Shown here: positions 11,846-24,291 of the stretch, in pieces
How the letters are laid out: every line of letters starts with the position of its first letter
Numbering within the stretch: the stretch's first letter is position 1
Assembly (NCBI GenBank): GCA_026914245.1
Contig: CP110439.1
Span: 5,890,001-5,954,000, forward strand
Direction: 5' to 3'
Length of the DNA: 64,000 bases
From: Puccinia triticina
Taxonomy: Eukaryota
The notes under the pieces: generated by a model
What the model was told of the DNA's origin: nothing
The model's input: only the letters and a program-made list of their open reading frames with translations
Database searches by the model: none
Made by a program: the position numbers and the translations under genes

Positions 11846-14824
11846 GTGATCAGTTCCCAAATATCACTAATTTGGTAGTTTCTGGCCCTTTCTGCCACTA
11901 TATCTCAACACAGCGTGGAAGTTCTTCCATGATATTGGTATCGAAATGATCAATAGCCCCCAAGGATTCATTTTGTACCTTAAATTACCACATAACCCAA
12001 ATCTAGCAGCTACAATCTGATCAGTTGCCAAATGTCACTAATTTGGTAGTTTCTTGGTGTTGCTGCCACTATATCTCAACACAGCCTGGGAATTCTTCCA
12101 CAATATTGCGATCCAAATGATTAATAGCCCCCAAGGATTCATTGTGTACCTTAAATGACCACAAAACCCCCTAATGTAGCCCCTACAATCTGATCAGTTG
12201 CCAAATATCACTGATTTGGTAGTTTCTTGGTGTTTCTGCAACTATATCTCAACACAGCCTGGGAGTTCTTCCATGATATTGGTATGATAATGATCAATAG
12301 CCACCAAGGATTCATTGTGTACCTTAAATGACCACAAAACCTCCAAATGTAGCAGCTACAATCTGACCAGTTGCCAAATCTCACTAATTTGGTAGTTTCT
12401 TGGTGTTTCTGCCACTATATCTCAGCGCAGCATGGGAGTTCTTCCATGATATTGGTACCAAGATGATCAAATGCCCTCAAAGATTGATTGAGTACCTCCA
12501 ATGAGCACAAAACCCCCAATTGTAGCAGGCACAATGTGATCAGTTGCCAAATATCACTAATTTGGTAGTTTTGTGGTGTTTCTGCCACCATATCTCAGCG
12601 CAGCATGGGAGTTCTTCCATGATATTGGTACCAAAATGATCAAATGCCCCTGAAGATTCATTGTGTACCTTGAATGACCACAATACCCCCAAATGTAGCA
12701 GCCACACTGTGATCAGTTGCAAAATATCACTAATTTGGTAGTTTCATGGTGTTTCTGCCACTATATCTCAGCACAGCGTGGGATTTCTTCCATGATATTG
12801 GTACCAAAATGATCACATGCCCTCAAACATTCAATCGAGTACCTTGGATGACCACAAAACCCCCAAATGTAGCAGCCACAATGTGACACAAAACCCCCAA
12901 ATGTAGCAGCCAGAATGTGATCAGTTGACAAATATCACTAATTTGGTAGTTTCTTGGTGTTTTTGCCACTATATCTCAGCGCAGCGTGGGACTCCTTCCA
13001 TTATATTGGTACCAAAATGATCAAACGGCCACAAAGATTCATTGTGTACCTTGAATGACCACAAAACCCCCACATGTAGCAGCCACAATGTGATTGGCTG
13101 CCAAATATCACTAATTTGGTAGTTTGTTGGCGTTTCTGCCACTATATCTCAGTGCAATATGGGAGTTCTTCCATGATATTGGTACCAAGATGATCAAATG
13201 CCCTCAAAGATTGACTGAGTACCTTGAATGACCACAAAACCCCCAAGTGCAGCAGGCAAGATGTGATCAGTTGCCAAATATCACTAAGTTGGTAGTTTCT
13301 TGGTGTTTCTGCCACTATATCTCAGCGCAGCATGGGAGTTCTTCCATGATATTGTTAACAAAATAATCAAATGCCCTCAAATATTCATTGTGTACCTTGG
13401 ATGACCACAAAACCCCCAAATCTAGCAGCCACAATGTGATCAGTTGCCAAATATCACTAATTTGGTAGTTTCTTGATGTTTCTGCCACTATATCCCAGCG
13501 CAGTGTGGGAGTTCATCCATGGTATTTGTACCAAAATAATCACATGCCCTCAACGATTTATTGAGTACCTTGGATGACCACAAAGCCCTCAAATGTAGCA
13601 GCCACAATGTGATCAGTTGACAAATATCACTAATTTGGTAGTTTCTTGATGTTTCTGCCACTATATCTCAGCGCAGTGTGGGAGTTTTTCCATGATATTG
13701 GTACCAAGATGATCAAATGCCTCCAAAGATTCATTGTGTACCTTGAATGACCACAAAACCCCCAAATGTAGCAGCCACAATGTGATCAGTTGCCAAATAT
13801 CACTAATTTGTTAGTTTCTTGGTGTTTCTGCCACTATATCTCAGCGCAGCATGGGAGCTATTCCATTATATTGGCACCAAAATGATCAAATTCCCCTGAA
13901 GATTCATTGTGTACCTTGAATGACCACAATACCCCCAAATGTAGCAGCCACAATGTGATCAGTCGCAAAACATCACTAATTTGGTAGTTTCTTGGTGTTT
14001 CTGCCACTATATCTCAGCCCAGCATGGGATTTCTTCCATGATATTGGTACCAAAATGATCAAAGTCCCCTGAAGATTCATTGTGTACCTTGAATGACCAC
14101 AATACCCCCAAATGTAGCAGCCACACTGTGATCAGTTGCAAAATCTCACTAATTTGGTAGTTTCTTGGTGTTTCTGCCACTATATCTCATCACAGCATGG
14201 GAGTTCATGATATTGGTACCAAAATGATTGCACGCGCTCAAACATTCATTGAGGCCCTTGGGTGACCACAAAACCCCCAAATGTAGCAGCCACAATGTGA
14301 TCAGTTGCCAAATATCACTGATTTGGTGTTTCTGCCACTATATCTCAGCGCAGCATGGGAGTTCTTCCATGATATTGGTACCAAAATGATCACATGCCCT
14401 CAAACATTCATTGAGCACCTTGGATGACCACACAACCCCCAAATGTAGTAGCCACAATGTGATCAGTTGCCAAATATCACTAATTTGGTAGTTTCTTGGT
14501 GTTTCTGCCACTATATCTCAGCGCAGCATGGGAGTTTTTTCATGATATTGGTACCAAAATTATCACATGCCCCTGAAGATTCATTGTGTACCTTTAATGA
14601 CCACAAAACCCCCAAATGTAGCAGCCACAATGTGATCAGTTGCCAAATATCACTAATTTGGTAGTTTCTTGGTGTTTCTGCCACTATATCTCAGCTCAGC
14701 GTGGGATCAGTTCTTCCATGATGTTGGTACCAAAATGATCAAATTCCCCTGCAGATTCATTGTGTACCTTGAATGACCACAATACCCCCAAATGTAGCAG
14801 CCACACTGTGATCAGTTGCCAAAT
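11846..14824 (+). repeat. 173-bp tandem array, left arm, about 17 units
   Basis: The motif tgatcagttgccaaat recurs, with substitutions, at 12018, 12191, 12364, 12537 and 12710 (period 173), with a few internal indels further on. Confidence 0.95.
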
Positions 14825-16410
14825 TAGTGATATTTGGCAACCATTCACATTGTAGCTGCTACATTTGGGGGTTTTGTGGTCATTCAAGGTACACAATTCA
14901 TCTGTGAGGGCATTTAATCATTTTGGTACCGATATCATTGAAGAATTCCCACGCTGCGCTGAGATATAGTGGCAGAAACACCAAGAAACTACCAAATTGG
15001 TGACATCTGGCAACTGATCACATTGTGGCTGCTACATATGGGGGTTTTGTGGTCATTCCAGGTACTCAATGAATCTTTGAGGGAATTTGATCATTTTGAT
15101 ACCAATATTATGGAAGAAATCCTGCGCTGCGCTGAGATATAGTGGCAGAAACACCAGAAACTACCAAATTAGTGATATTTTGCAACTGATCACATCCTAG
15201 CTGCTACATTTGGGAGTATTGTGGTCATTCAAGGTACAAAATTCATCTTCAGGGGAATTTGATCATTTTGGTACCAATATCATGGAAGAACTCCCACGCA
15301 GTGCTGAGATATAGTGGCAGAAACACCAAGAAACTACCAAATTAGTGATATTTGGCAACTGATCACATTGTGGCTGCTACATTTGGGGGTTTTGTGTTCA
15401 TTCAAGTTACACAATGAATCTTCAGGGGCATGTGATCATTTTGGTACCAATATCATAGAAGAACTCCCATGCTGCGCTGAGATATAGTGCCAGAAACACC
15501 AAGAAACTACCAAATTAGTGATATTTGGTAACTGATCACATTGTGGCTGCTACATTTGGGGGTTTTGTGGTCATCAAAGGTACACAATGAATTCTTGAGG
15601 GCATGTGATTATTTTGGTACCAATATCATGGAAGAAATCCCAGGCTGCTTTGAGATATAGTGGCAGAAACACCAAGAAACTACCAAATTAGTGATATTTG
15701 GCAACTGATCAGGTCGTAGGGCTACATTAGGGAGTTTCATGGGAATTCAAGGTACACAATTAATCTTTGAGAGCATTTGGTCATTTTGGTACCAATATCA
15801 TGGAAGAACTCCCACGCTGCGCTGAGATATAGTGGCAGAAACACCAAGAACCTACCAAATTAGTGAGATTTGGCAACTGATGAGATTGTAGCTGCCACAT
15901 TTGGGGGTTTCGTGGTCATTTAAGGTACACAATGGATCCTTGGGGGCTACCTAACATTTTCATACCATTATCATGGAAGAACCCCCAGGCCTTGTTGAGA
16001 TATAGTGGCAGAAAAACCAAGAAACTACCAAATTAGTGATATTTGGCAACTGATCAGGTCGTAGGGGCTACATTAGGGAGTTTTGTGGTCATTTAAGTTA
16101 CACAATGAATCCTTGGGGACTATTGATCATTTTGAAACCAATATCATGGAACTCCTGGGCTGTGTTGAGATATAGTGGCAGAAACACCAAGAAACTACCA
16201 AATTAGTGATATTTGGCCACTGATCAGATTGTAGCAGCTACATTTGGGGATTTTGTGGTCATTCAAGGTACACAATGAATCTAGGGGGCTTTTGAAAATT
16301 TTGGTACCAATTTCACAGAAAAATTCCCAGGCTGTGTTGAGATATAGTTGCAGAAATACCAAGAAACTAACAAAGTAGTGAGATTTGGCAACTGATCAGA
16401 TTGCAGCTGC
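14819..16410 (-). repeat. 173-bp tandem array, right arm, inverted, about 9 units
   Basis: Reverse complement of the same unit (accaaattagtgatatttggcaactgatca...) repeated. Confidence 0.95.
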
Positions 16411-19130
16411 TGCATAATGGATGTGACCCCAAAAACATTATTTCTGGGTTTTATATTCAGAAAAATTGTCCAACGAAATTTTATGTGGAAATATTCCTCA
16501 TTAATCTGTGGTTGATAACAAAAGTAGATAAAAAAAAGAACCTGACAAAAATATGCTAAACCATGGTAAACTAATTTCAAAAAGGCTTCCTATGCATGTA
16601 GCACTTCAAGTATGATATGCAATATCTTGAGGAAGTTCAACAAACCAAATTAAAAATGTGTGCAGGATGGTATCATGAGAGAGGTCAGGGGTCAATGTTT
16701 TTCCTTTTTTGAAAAAAAAGTCAATTTGCAGACTTCTGATAACAGATCAATTGTTGAAGTAAAAAAAAAAGAAAAAAAAAAAAAAAACCCCTCAGCCACC
16801 CTGGATTAATCCTAAAACTTGCAATGTCTTTTTTTCAGAAAGAATTGAATGGTGTATGTAGAAATTTATGAATGTTATCAGGCAAAAAAAAAGATTCCTG
16901 TGGCTTGAACCTAACACAAGGGGAAGGAGAGAGATTATAGAATGGTATTAAGGAGACACGGAAAACAGACAAAGGTATCAAGAAGAATAATAAAAAGAAA
17001 TTGATCAATATAAATTGATCAATATACGCTATATTGATCAATATACGACATCGCAAATTCATCCATCTTGGTAGTGAATGACTTTTGCAAATATGATCCG
17101 GAGGCTGTTGCCATTAAACACAATGGTAAGCCTGGTCTCTTGAAACCCCTTTGATTGCTCAAGGGCTCATACCAACACGCTCCTTGTTTCCAGAAACCAT
17201 CACCTCCAACGAGAGGGCTATCAAATGTGGGGCCCTTTGGCGTGGGCTTACCCAGGAAGCTTGGGAGCAGTGGAAGGATCAAGACTACATTGATTCACTT
17301 GCTCATGTCAATTCTGTGACCAGCATCCCCGCCGAAACGGACCATCTCCCCAAAGATGAGACATCTGTCTCTCCAACAAGGACCCTTAGAAGCGATTGAT
17401 TGAGCCTTAAATCATGGATCCACAAGGTCACGCGCGATGTAGGCATTCTTCTGACAGATCTGCATCTTTCAAAGCTGACTTGTCCTTCCATAATCAACAG
17501 CTCCAAAACCTCAGCACTGCTCACCAGGTGGAGGGATATGTTGTGCTTGCCTTGCGCGACCCCGTTTGACCAGTTCTTCTCACCGGCGGAAGTCATATGG
17601 CAGAAGAGTTCCTCGACATCTTGGAGCCCAAAAAAAATCAATGCAATTCCTTCTTCAAGTTTGTTAGTGGAAAACAGGCAATTAAAGATGTCTCCGGCCG
17701 CTTACCTCCTCCGATTAATCCAAGGAAGAGAAGACGTGGTATTGAAAGCGATGATCCGGACTGTCCATACAATTTAGGTAGCTCCCAATTCTCCTGCATC
17801 TACCAAACTCGCCTCACAAAAATTCAAATTTCTATTTTCCGATTGCAGGAAGCAAGGTTGCTAACTCTGATGAGGTTCAAAGGTTGCTCCGAGAGGCTTT
17901 GAGTACGTAGCAGTCAGACAGATCTCCCTTCCCCCCCTCATCCCACTGGTTACGGATTAGTATTCATTTATCATTTTCCTATGGCAGCCAAGGCCACTCA
18001 TGGTGTTTGCGTGACAGGTTGGCCGGGTGAGAATACTGCCGCGACTTTGCAAGAATTGGGTGTCACATTATTTGTGCAACCAAACGATCTGCTTATTGCA
18101 CCAGCTGAATTTTGCAAGGCACCAACAAAGATGCGCATCAGCACAACACGGCAAATTCTCACGGCGTTTGCAAAGGGTTGGGTTAAGATCACCGGTCCAC
18201 CTGCTCCCGATCCAGGTCCAATTGGCCTTTGTCCAAACGCAGAGAACAGTAATGATAACCTTGCCCCTCCGCCCAAGAAGGCCATTTACCCAAAGGTAGG
18301 TGTGATCAGAAAACCTTGTCGTGTGCGTTTCAAGAGGCGTGCAAACCTATGCTTTTGTAACTCGTCAGAAGAAGAGGTGACAAAGAGAAAACGCTCTGCT
18401 ACTAGGAGGCGTGTCACCATAGAGCACTTGTCCTCAGACTCTGATACTTCACAATCCACTCGCCGTTCCTCTTCAAATTCTTTGGAGTCTGGTTGTTTCT
18501 GTTCAAAATCCACTTGCAGGGCTTCTCTGTCATCTAGCACTAGCAGGCTTTCTTCACCCAAGTCTGATGTAGCTGCTCTTATTTGAACTTTAATCTGTCA
18601 TTCTTTTAAGGTGATGACTCCTACTTAATTATTTAATTTCTACTCGGATATTACCCGTGTTTTTGCACAAAATTGCGTCCCTCCGGCCTCCTTTGAGTAC
18701 ATGTTGTCCGATCAACCAGTAGAAAAATGAAATGTGTCACTTACACGGATTCTATCTTCAAGCCTTTGCTATTTAAGAATCTAAAAAAAGTCAATTGAGC
18801 CAACCTTTGTTTGTCAGACTTTGAGAGAGTTGTTTTGGAGACTGGGTGTTAGTGATGCTCTTCAAACTTCAAGGGGCCCAATGCGTACTAAATTTATATT
18901 TTACAAGATTTTAGAAATGAGCCCTGCTGACTACAAAATGCCACACAAGACAAAGGAATTTGAAACAAGAAATTGCACTGAGAGAGGAGGTGCACTTGGG
19001 GTTGGTTGTGGGCGGAGGGATCTAGTGCAGGGTTCAGCAAATACAAATCAAAAAAGAGAATCTTGATCAGTGATCATTCAGCAAGTCTTGTAGGCAGTGT
19101 TAGTTGAAGTGTTGGTAAGGGGCATGGGGC

Positions 19131-19375
19131 AGGGCCGTACGCCTAGCAGGAGGGGTGGTCTGAGCAGGGCCGTATGCCTAGCAGGCGGGGTGGTCTGAGC
19201 AGGGCCGTACGCCTAGCAGGAGGGGTGGTCTGAGCAGGGCCGTACACCTAGCAGGAGGGGTGGTCTGAGCAGGGCCGTACACCTAGCAGGAGGGGTGGTC
19301 TGAGCAGGGTCGTACACCTAGCAGGAGGGGTGGTCTGAGCAGGGCCGTACACCTAGCAGGAGGGGGGGGGGGGGT
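19131..19375. repeat. 35-bp minisatellite, about 7 copies, ending in a G run
   Basis: agggccgtacgcctagcaggaggggtggtctgagc at 19131, 19166, 19201 and onward. Confidence 0.95.
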
Positions 19376-20129
19376 TATGAGGCAGGAAATGTGGATATCG
19401 CTACTCACTATTCAGACTGAGCAGGAAGGATAGGCTGGGGTGTGTGTATGCCGGGGGAGAAAGGTTGATTTGGAGAGGTGCAGGAACAAGAAGAGGTTGG
19501 TGAGTGATGGTGAGTTAGTTGTCAGAGCAAGAGTGCAATGAAAGTGGAGTAGATCAATTGGCTCAAATTGAACTTACAGTGGATAACGGAGTGCCAGTGG
19601 TGATGATTCAGGATGTTGTGATGCTACCAATGGTCGGATCGGGTGATGATTGTTATGACGGGGGGGAGAGCTGGGTGATATGGCTCCGAGTGAAGTAGTG
19701 ATGTCGCGGCGTATTCAGTTTTACAGGGGCTTCCGGGGGGAACTAAAGGGGGATACTCCTGAGGAATGACTTGAAAAAATTTTGGCCGCTTCGCGGCCAA
19801 ATCAAGCCATTGGTTTCTAGGAATCATGAGAATTCCAAGAATTTTATTTTTGGTGGGGTAGGGTCGGTATGGGGGTGCTTGTGGCTCCTTGTATGCATGT
19901 CTATAGTATGGGGTATACAGGGTGACACAGGTGTGACCAAATATTCCTCATATTTCAATTATCATGATCTTTGACCTCTTTGGAAACCCATACCCAGTAG
20001 GTTTCTCTGAAACGGTTTTTTGTATTTATTTCAGGGCACACACACACCAAAAAGCTACCAGTTCTTTTTAATTTGTTTCTATTACACATGGTTAAAACTT
20101 TGGATGAAGTGTAGTGATACTGTGGGAGG

Positions 20130-20420
20130 TAGAGCTGGTCCCTAGTATCCATTGGCAGGTTTACGGGCGGGAACCCGCGCAAGTGTGCAAGTATCCGCTG
20201 GGTGTCCAGTCTGGGTCCAAATTCAGGCAGGTACCCGCGCACAAATTGCCATTCTGCCTGCTTGCCCCTAGTGCCCATTAGCTGGTACAAGGTACCTGTG
20301 GGTGGGTACCCATGGAAGTATGCAGGTAACTGTCAGCGAGTGCGGGTGTTCATTCTGGGTCAAAATTCAGTCAGGTACCCACACGCGCTGCGGGTACCCC
20401 GGTGCGAAGTGTCAGCTCTA
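20130..20420. mobile_element. hAT-type MITE, 291 bp
   Basis: TIRs TAGAGCTG...CAGCTCTA. Perfect 8-bp TSD GTGGGAGG at 20122-20129 and 20421-20428. Internal gggtaccc-type repeats. Confidence 0.9.
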
Positions 20421-20936
20421 GTGGGAGGTCTGATTTTGCTCTGGTACTACAGTTTGAATTTGGCGCTGCGGGGCCAACTGCCACAAAAACATTTAACCTG
20501 TGCGGGTTTTTGTGACACATCGTGACACACAAACGTACGCGCGCGCGTTTTTGTGACATGTAGACCATCACTCAGCCATATCATGGCAGGATGAGTGCCC
20601 CGCAATCCCAGGGGCAAATTAACTGAATCCTTTAATAATTGTATCTGATTTTCATCCATCAGCACAGAAATACTGTTGAGGAGATTTTCTGAATTCATTC
20701 ACAAACCCTGAGTAATCTGAGGCTCCCTGGACTTGTCCCAGAATTCTAACATCCTTAGGACAAAATTTAGCAGCTGAAGAATGTGGCAAACAAATTCACA
20801 CATGTGTGCTGTGGTGTGTCACATTTTTCATCACTGAGCTAAGTAATGCCAACCTGAGTGCTCATGCAGAGCCATGGGCTGAGGTCAACCTTAACACAAG
20901 TCCCAGCCTCCGTGCGGGTGTGCAGCATTAGGCTGG

Positions 20937-21845
20937 TGTGGTGCTCCATTCCAAACCATAAGTAGTATTTTATTGATTTCCTTTACATATATTCATCATT
21001 ACATTGCCCATTCCCCCATCACCCTTCACAAATACCTCATTATTATTGCATATTCAGATTCTAAACCAAATTTCAACTATAGTCACTCGTACATAGTACC
21101 CCCTTATCTTCAATGGTTCAGTAGTTATAGAGGATATAAGACTTACAGAAAACCTACAGTCTTCATTAGTTACAAAACTCATTTCATTAGTAACTTACTT
21201 GCATCATTACATTACATTCTTTTCACAGATATATTCTTACATACTAAACCCTTTACATACATTACTCATTATGTACTATGCCTATTGTACACATTACATC
21301 ATTGAATCTGTGCTTACCCCTTTTAGTAGTGCTCATCATTACAAGCTGTTACTATGTTCACATCACTTTCCCCATTTGTACAACCTTCCTTCCCATAGCC
21401 AGAACTCCTCATTGTCTGTGCTCATTCTCCTTTCATATAAGAACTGTCCTTTCCCCCTCACTTGTACCTCATGCAGAGAACTATATACAGAATTTATACA
21501 GAATTTTAGATACAGAAATTATAGTGCTCATTCTCACCAACCCATTGATATCAGTGCAGTTGCTCCTGAACCCATTGTTATTGAACCTTTGCCATTGCAT
21601 TCCCCTCTCTCATCACTGCTCCAACCCTCTCACCCTCAGTAGTCAGTAGTCAGCTCATAGTACTAGCTCCTAAGATCAAGTAGAAATCAGCCACACCTTT
21701 TCTTCTTTTTCTTAGTGTTACTCTCATCCTCTCAGCATTAGTCAGGAAGGCAGCCTCATCAGCACCCTTGCATAGCTTACATTAGTACTAGTGTTGCTAT
21801 CCATTTCCCTTCCAAGCTCTATTCTCCCCTTTGAGTAGTTCCACA
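20937..21845. mobile_element. Solo LTR, 909 bp; same family as 43791-44705
   Basis: TGTGG...CCACA termini, 4-bp TSD CTGG, and an inverted homologue at 43791-44705. Confidence 0.85.
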
Positions 21846-22633
21846 CTGGTTGTGAAGCAACCTGACTGGAGGGAGGCCAGCCTTGCATACTAAAACTCTT
21901 TTCTCGCATGAGCCAATTCCAAGGTTTGGCTGGGCCTTGTTTGCATCACCACACTCTCAAAACTTGACATAATTGTTCTAGTTTTTGATACATCATATTT
22001 TTGCATGTTTTGGATTTTTCAGTATTTTTTTCAGTGCAAAATCTTGATTTTTCCTACTGGAAACAAATTATTGAAGTTCATGAATTCAAACTTTGATTTG
22101 GCTTGCCCATCATATGACAAGGAACGTGCGCAGTCATACTACTTCTTGTTGTCAAGTCTCAAATGTGAAGGGGTGGAAGTACAGCAATAAAAAAATACTG
22201 AAAAATCAAGAAGATAGCAAGCTGTCAGACAAACTAAAAAAGAAAAATTTCTGATGAGTGTCATAGAAACCAGGAGAGAAAGAGTGGCCTCTATATCACA
22301 CTTGGCTCATGTGAGCTTTGTGTTTTAGTTCATAAGCCTCTGGTGAGACTGGGCTGCCACCCAGACCGGCTCACCACAAGTGGCTTAGTTAAGCTTGGGT
22401 GGTCCCTTCAAAAACTGTTTATAACATTCAGCCATATGTACAAAAATGATTTTGGGGATAGATTCTGAAGTCATACACAACTCCTGATTAATATGAGGCT
22501 CAAATAATTTGTGAAAGAAATTTGGCAATTAAAGAATGTGTCACACAAACTTACACATGTATCTTTTTGTGTACCACTAACAAATTCCAAGATTTTTGGG
22601 ATTTATGATAAACACATGATAGAATGAAATATA

Positions 22634-22916
22634 AAGAGCTGGCACTTTGCACCTGGGTACCTGCAGCGGGTGCAGGTACCTTCCTGAATTTTGACCCAGA
22701 ATGGACACCTGCACCTGCTGGTTGTTACCTGCGTACTTCCAGGGGTACAATACCTAGTACTTGCCAATGAGCACTAGTGGCAAGCAGAGCTCTGCAGAAT
22801 GGCAATTTGTGCGCAGGTACCTGCCTGAATTAGGACCCAGACTGGACACCCGCACATGCACCTGGCGGATACCTGCTCACTTCCACAGATCCACCAAATG
22901 ATAGGGGCCAGCTCTA
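22634..22916. mobile_element. hAT-type MITE, second diverged copy in opposite orientation
   Basis: aAGAGCTGG...CCAGCTCTA termini. TSD GAAATATA/GAAATTTA (7/8). Interior matches the reverse complement of 20130-20420. Confidence 0.8.
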
Positions 22917-22978
22917 GAAATTTATGATTCCCATGGTAAATAGATCTTGCAAAACACTTGAAAAGAAGGTTGCAGATT

Positions 22979-24285
22979 TCAGAGGAGTTGCCAACTGTCC
23001 TGGTGAATGGTCATGCAACAACTTGTCAGGCCTTTGTGACACCCTAGTGACAAGACTCTGAGCTCAGGTGAAGCATAGTCAAACAGGGAAGCAACACAAG
23101 GTGGTTCACTTACTAAATGGTGAACTATGGCCCCTGAAACTGTTTCAATATTTATTCCAAATGCTCCTGAAACATTTGACAACACCACCACATGTCCAAT
23201 GACACTTTTGATGCATATCCTAATTGTTTTGGGGGGCTTTGGTCTTGGGAGTACTTGGTAATGGAGGCTAGAAATCTTGTGGTAAAGGTTGATTTGAGGG
23301 CTCTTCTGGTCAACGTCCACAAACAGGGCTACTTGTGCAAATATGGCGCTAGGAATCTGTTCAGTGGCAAAGATCATCTGTATACTTCATAAGAAGTCCT
23401 TGCCTTGCAAGGTAAAGTGGATTTACAAGTTTCCAGCATGGTGCGTCTTGACGGTGTAATTTTTCTTTTGTACATCCTTGAAACACACCTGAAAAAACAC
23501 CATAGGTTTCACAATTGTAGAATCAGACTGATCAACTCCCGGAGTATCACGTACCCATTTGGTTGAAAAGTCCAGGGGGTATGTGTTGAGGTGATCTAGC
23601 CATTTGTAATATATTCCCGCCTGAAGCGCAGTTGGAGAATTTTTGGGCTTTGTCCCCTGGATCCCCTCATCAAGGTTCACATTGGTAAGACTACAGGCAG
23701 CTTACAGTCAGCTGATCAATTGCCTCATGGTTTACATCACAGGTTAGAAGAGAGAGAGCTCACTGGGATGATTATTTGTTTTAGATTTGCCCAGGAGGCC
23801 ATACAAAAAACATTCTTGTGCCCAAGCTGCAAAGGAAGCAGGCGGGCCAAAGTGTTTAACTACCCCCGGGACGTGCTGACGTAGGATGAGGATGTTTGGT
23901 TTAGATTTCATGTTTGGCCAGTTGGCAGGGGTGTGCTTTGATCTAGCCATTTGTAATATATTCCCGCCTGAAGCGCAGTTGGAGAATTTTTGGGCTTTGT
24001 CCCCTGGATCCCCTCATCAAGGTTCACATTGGTAAGACTACAGGCAGCTTACAGTCAGCTGATCAATTGCCTCATGGTTTAAATCACAGGTTAGAAGAGA
24101 GAGAGCTCACTGGGATGATTATTTGTTTTAGATTTGCCCAGAAGGCCATACAAAAAACATTCTTGTGCCCAAGCTGCAAAGGAAGCAGGCGGGCCAAAGT
24201 GTTTAACTACCCCCAGGACGTGCTGACGTAGGATGAGGATGTTTGGTTTAGATTTCATGTTTGGCCAGATGGCAGGGGTGTGCTT
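22979..24285 (-). pseudogene. C-terminal fragment of a CACTA/Tnp2-like transposase with an internal 347-bp tandem duplication
   Basis: KPNILILRQHVPGVVKHFGPPASFAAWAQECFLYGLLGKSKTNNH resembles the H..H....FGP.....ER..G motif of CACTA-type transposases. Duplicated blocks at 23592-23938 and 23939-24285. Confidence 0.6.
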
Positions 24286-24291
24286 CCTATA

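Larger units (their letters stand above)
11183..17076. mobile_element. Non-autonomous CACTA (EnSpm/CMC) foldback element, 5.9 kb
   Basis: Begins CACTACCAAGATGGATGAATTTGCGATGTCG and ends CGACATCGCAAATTCATCCATCTTGGTAGTG. 3-bp TSD AAT at 11180-11182 and 17077-17079. About 660 bp of unique inverted arms, then inverted 173-bp arrays. No transposase. Confidence 0.95.
10592..18586 (+). pseudogene. Hypothetical gene with an HMG-box-like segment, interrupted by the CACTA element
   Basis: Removing 11183-17076 and one AAT restores the frame GGNCYN|DFCKYDPEAVAIKHN. An intron (gtaagc...ttccag) follows, then ETITSNERAIKCGALWRGLTQEAWEQWKD. Further exon fragments, with stops and frameshifts, extend to 18586. 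Confidence 0.65.

Noticed and set aside
11846..16410. CRISPR-like array
   Set aside because: Whole 173-bp units repeat with no unique spacers, there are no cas genes, and the context is eukaryotic.
11653..16580. Repeated ORFs MKLVY...FCQVLFFIYF (11653, 16281, also 52837) as a gene family
   Set aside because: They lie in the CACTA inverted arms, differ in length and stops between copies, and show no domain.
19780..19800. GC hairpin TTTGGCCGC-TTC-GCGGCCAAA as a terminator or Helitron end
   Set aside because: A single short hairpin with no correctly spaced CTRR end or other supporting boundary.
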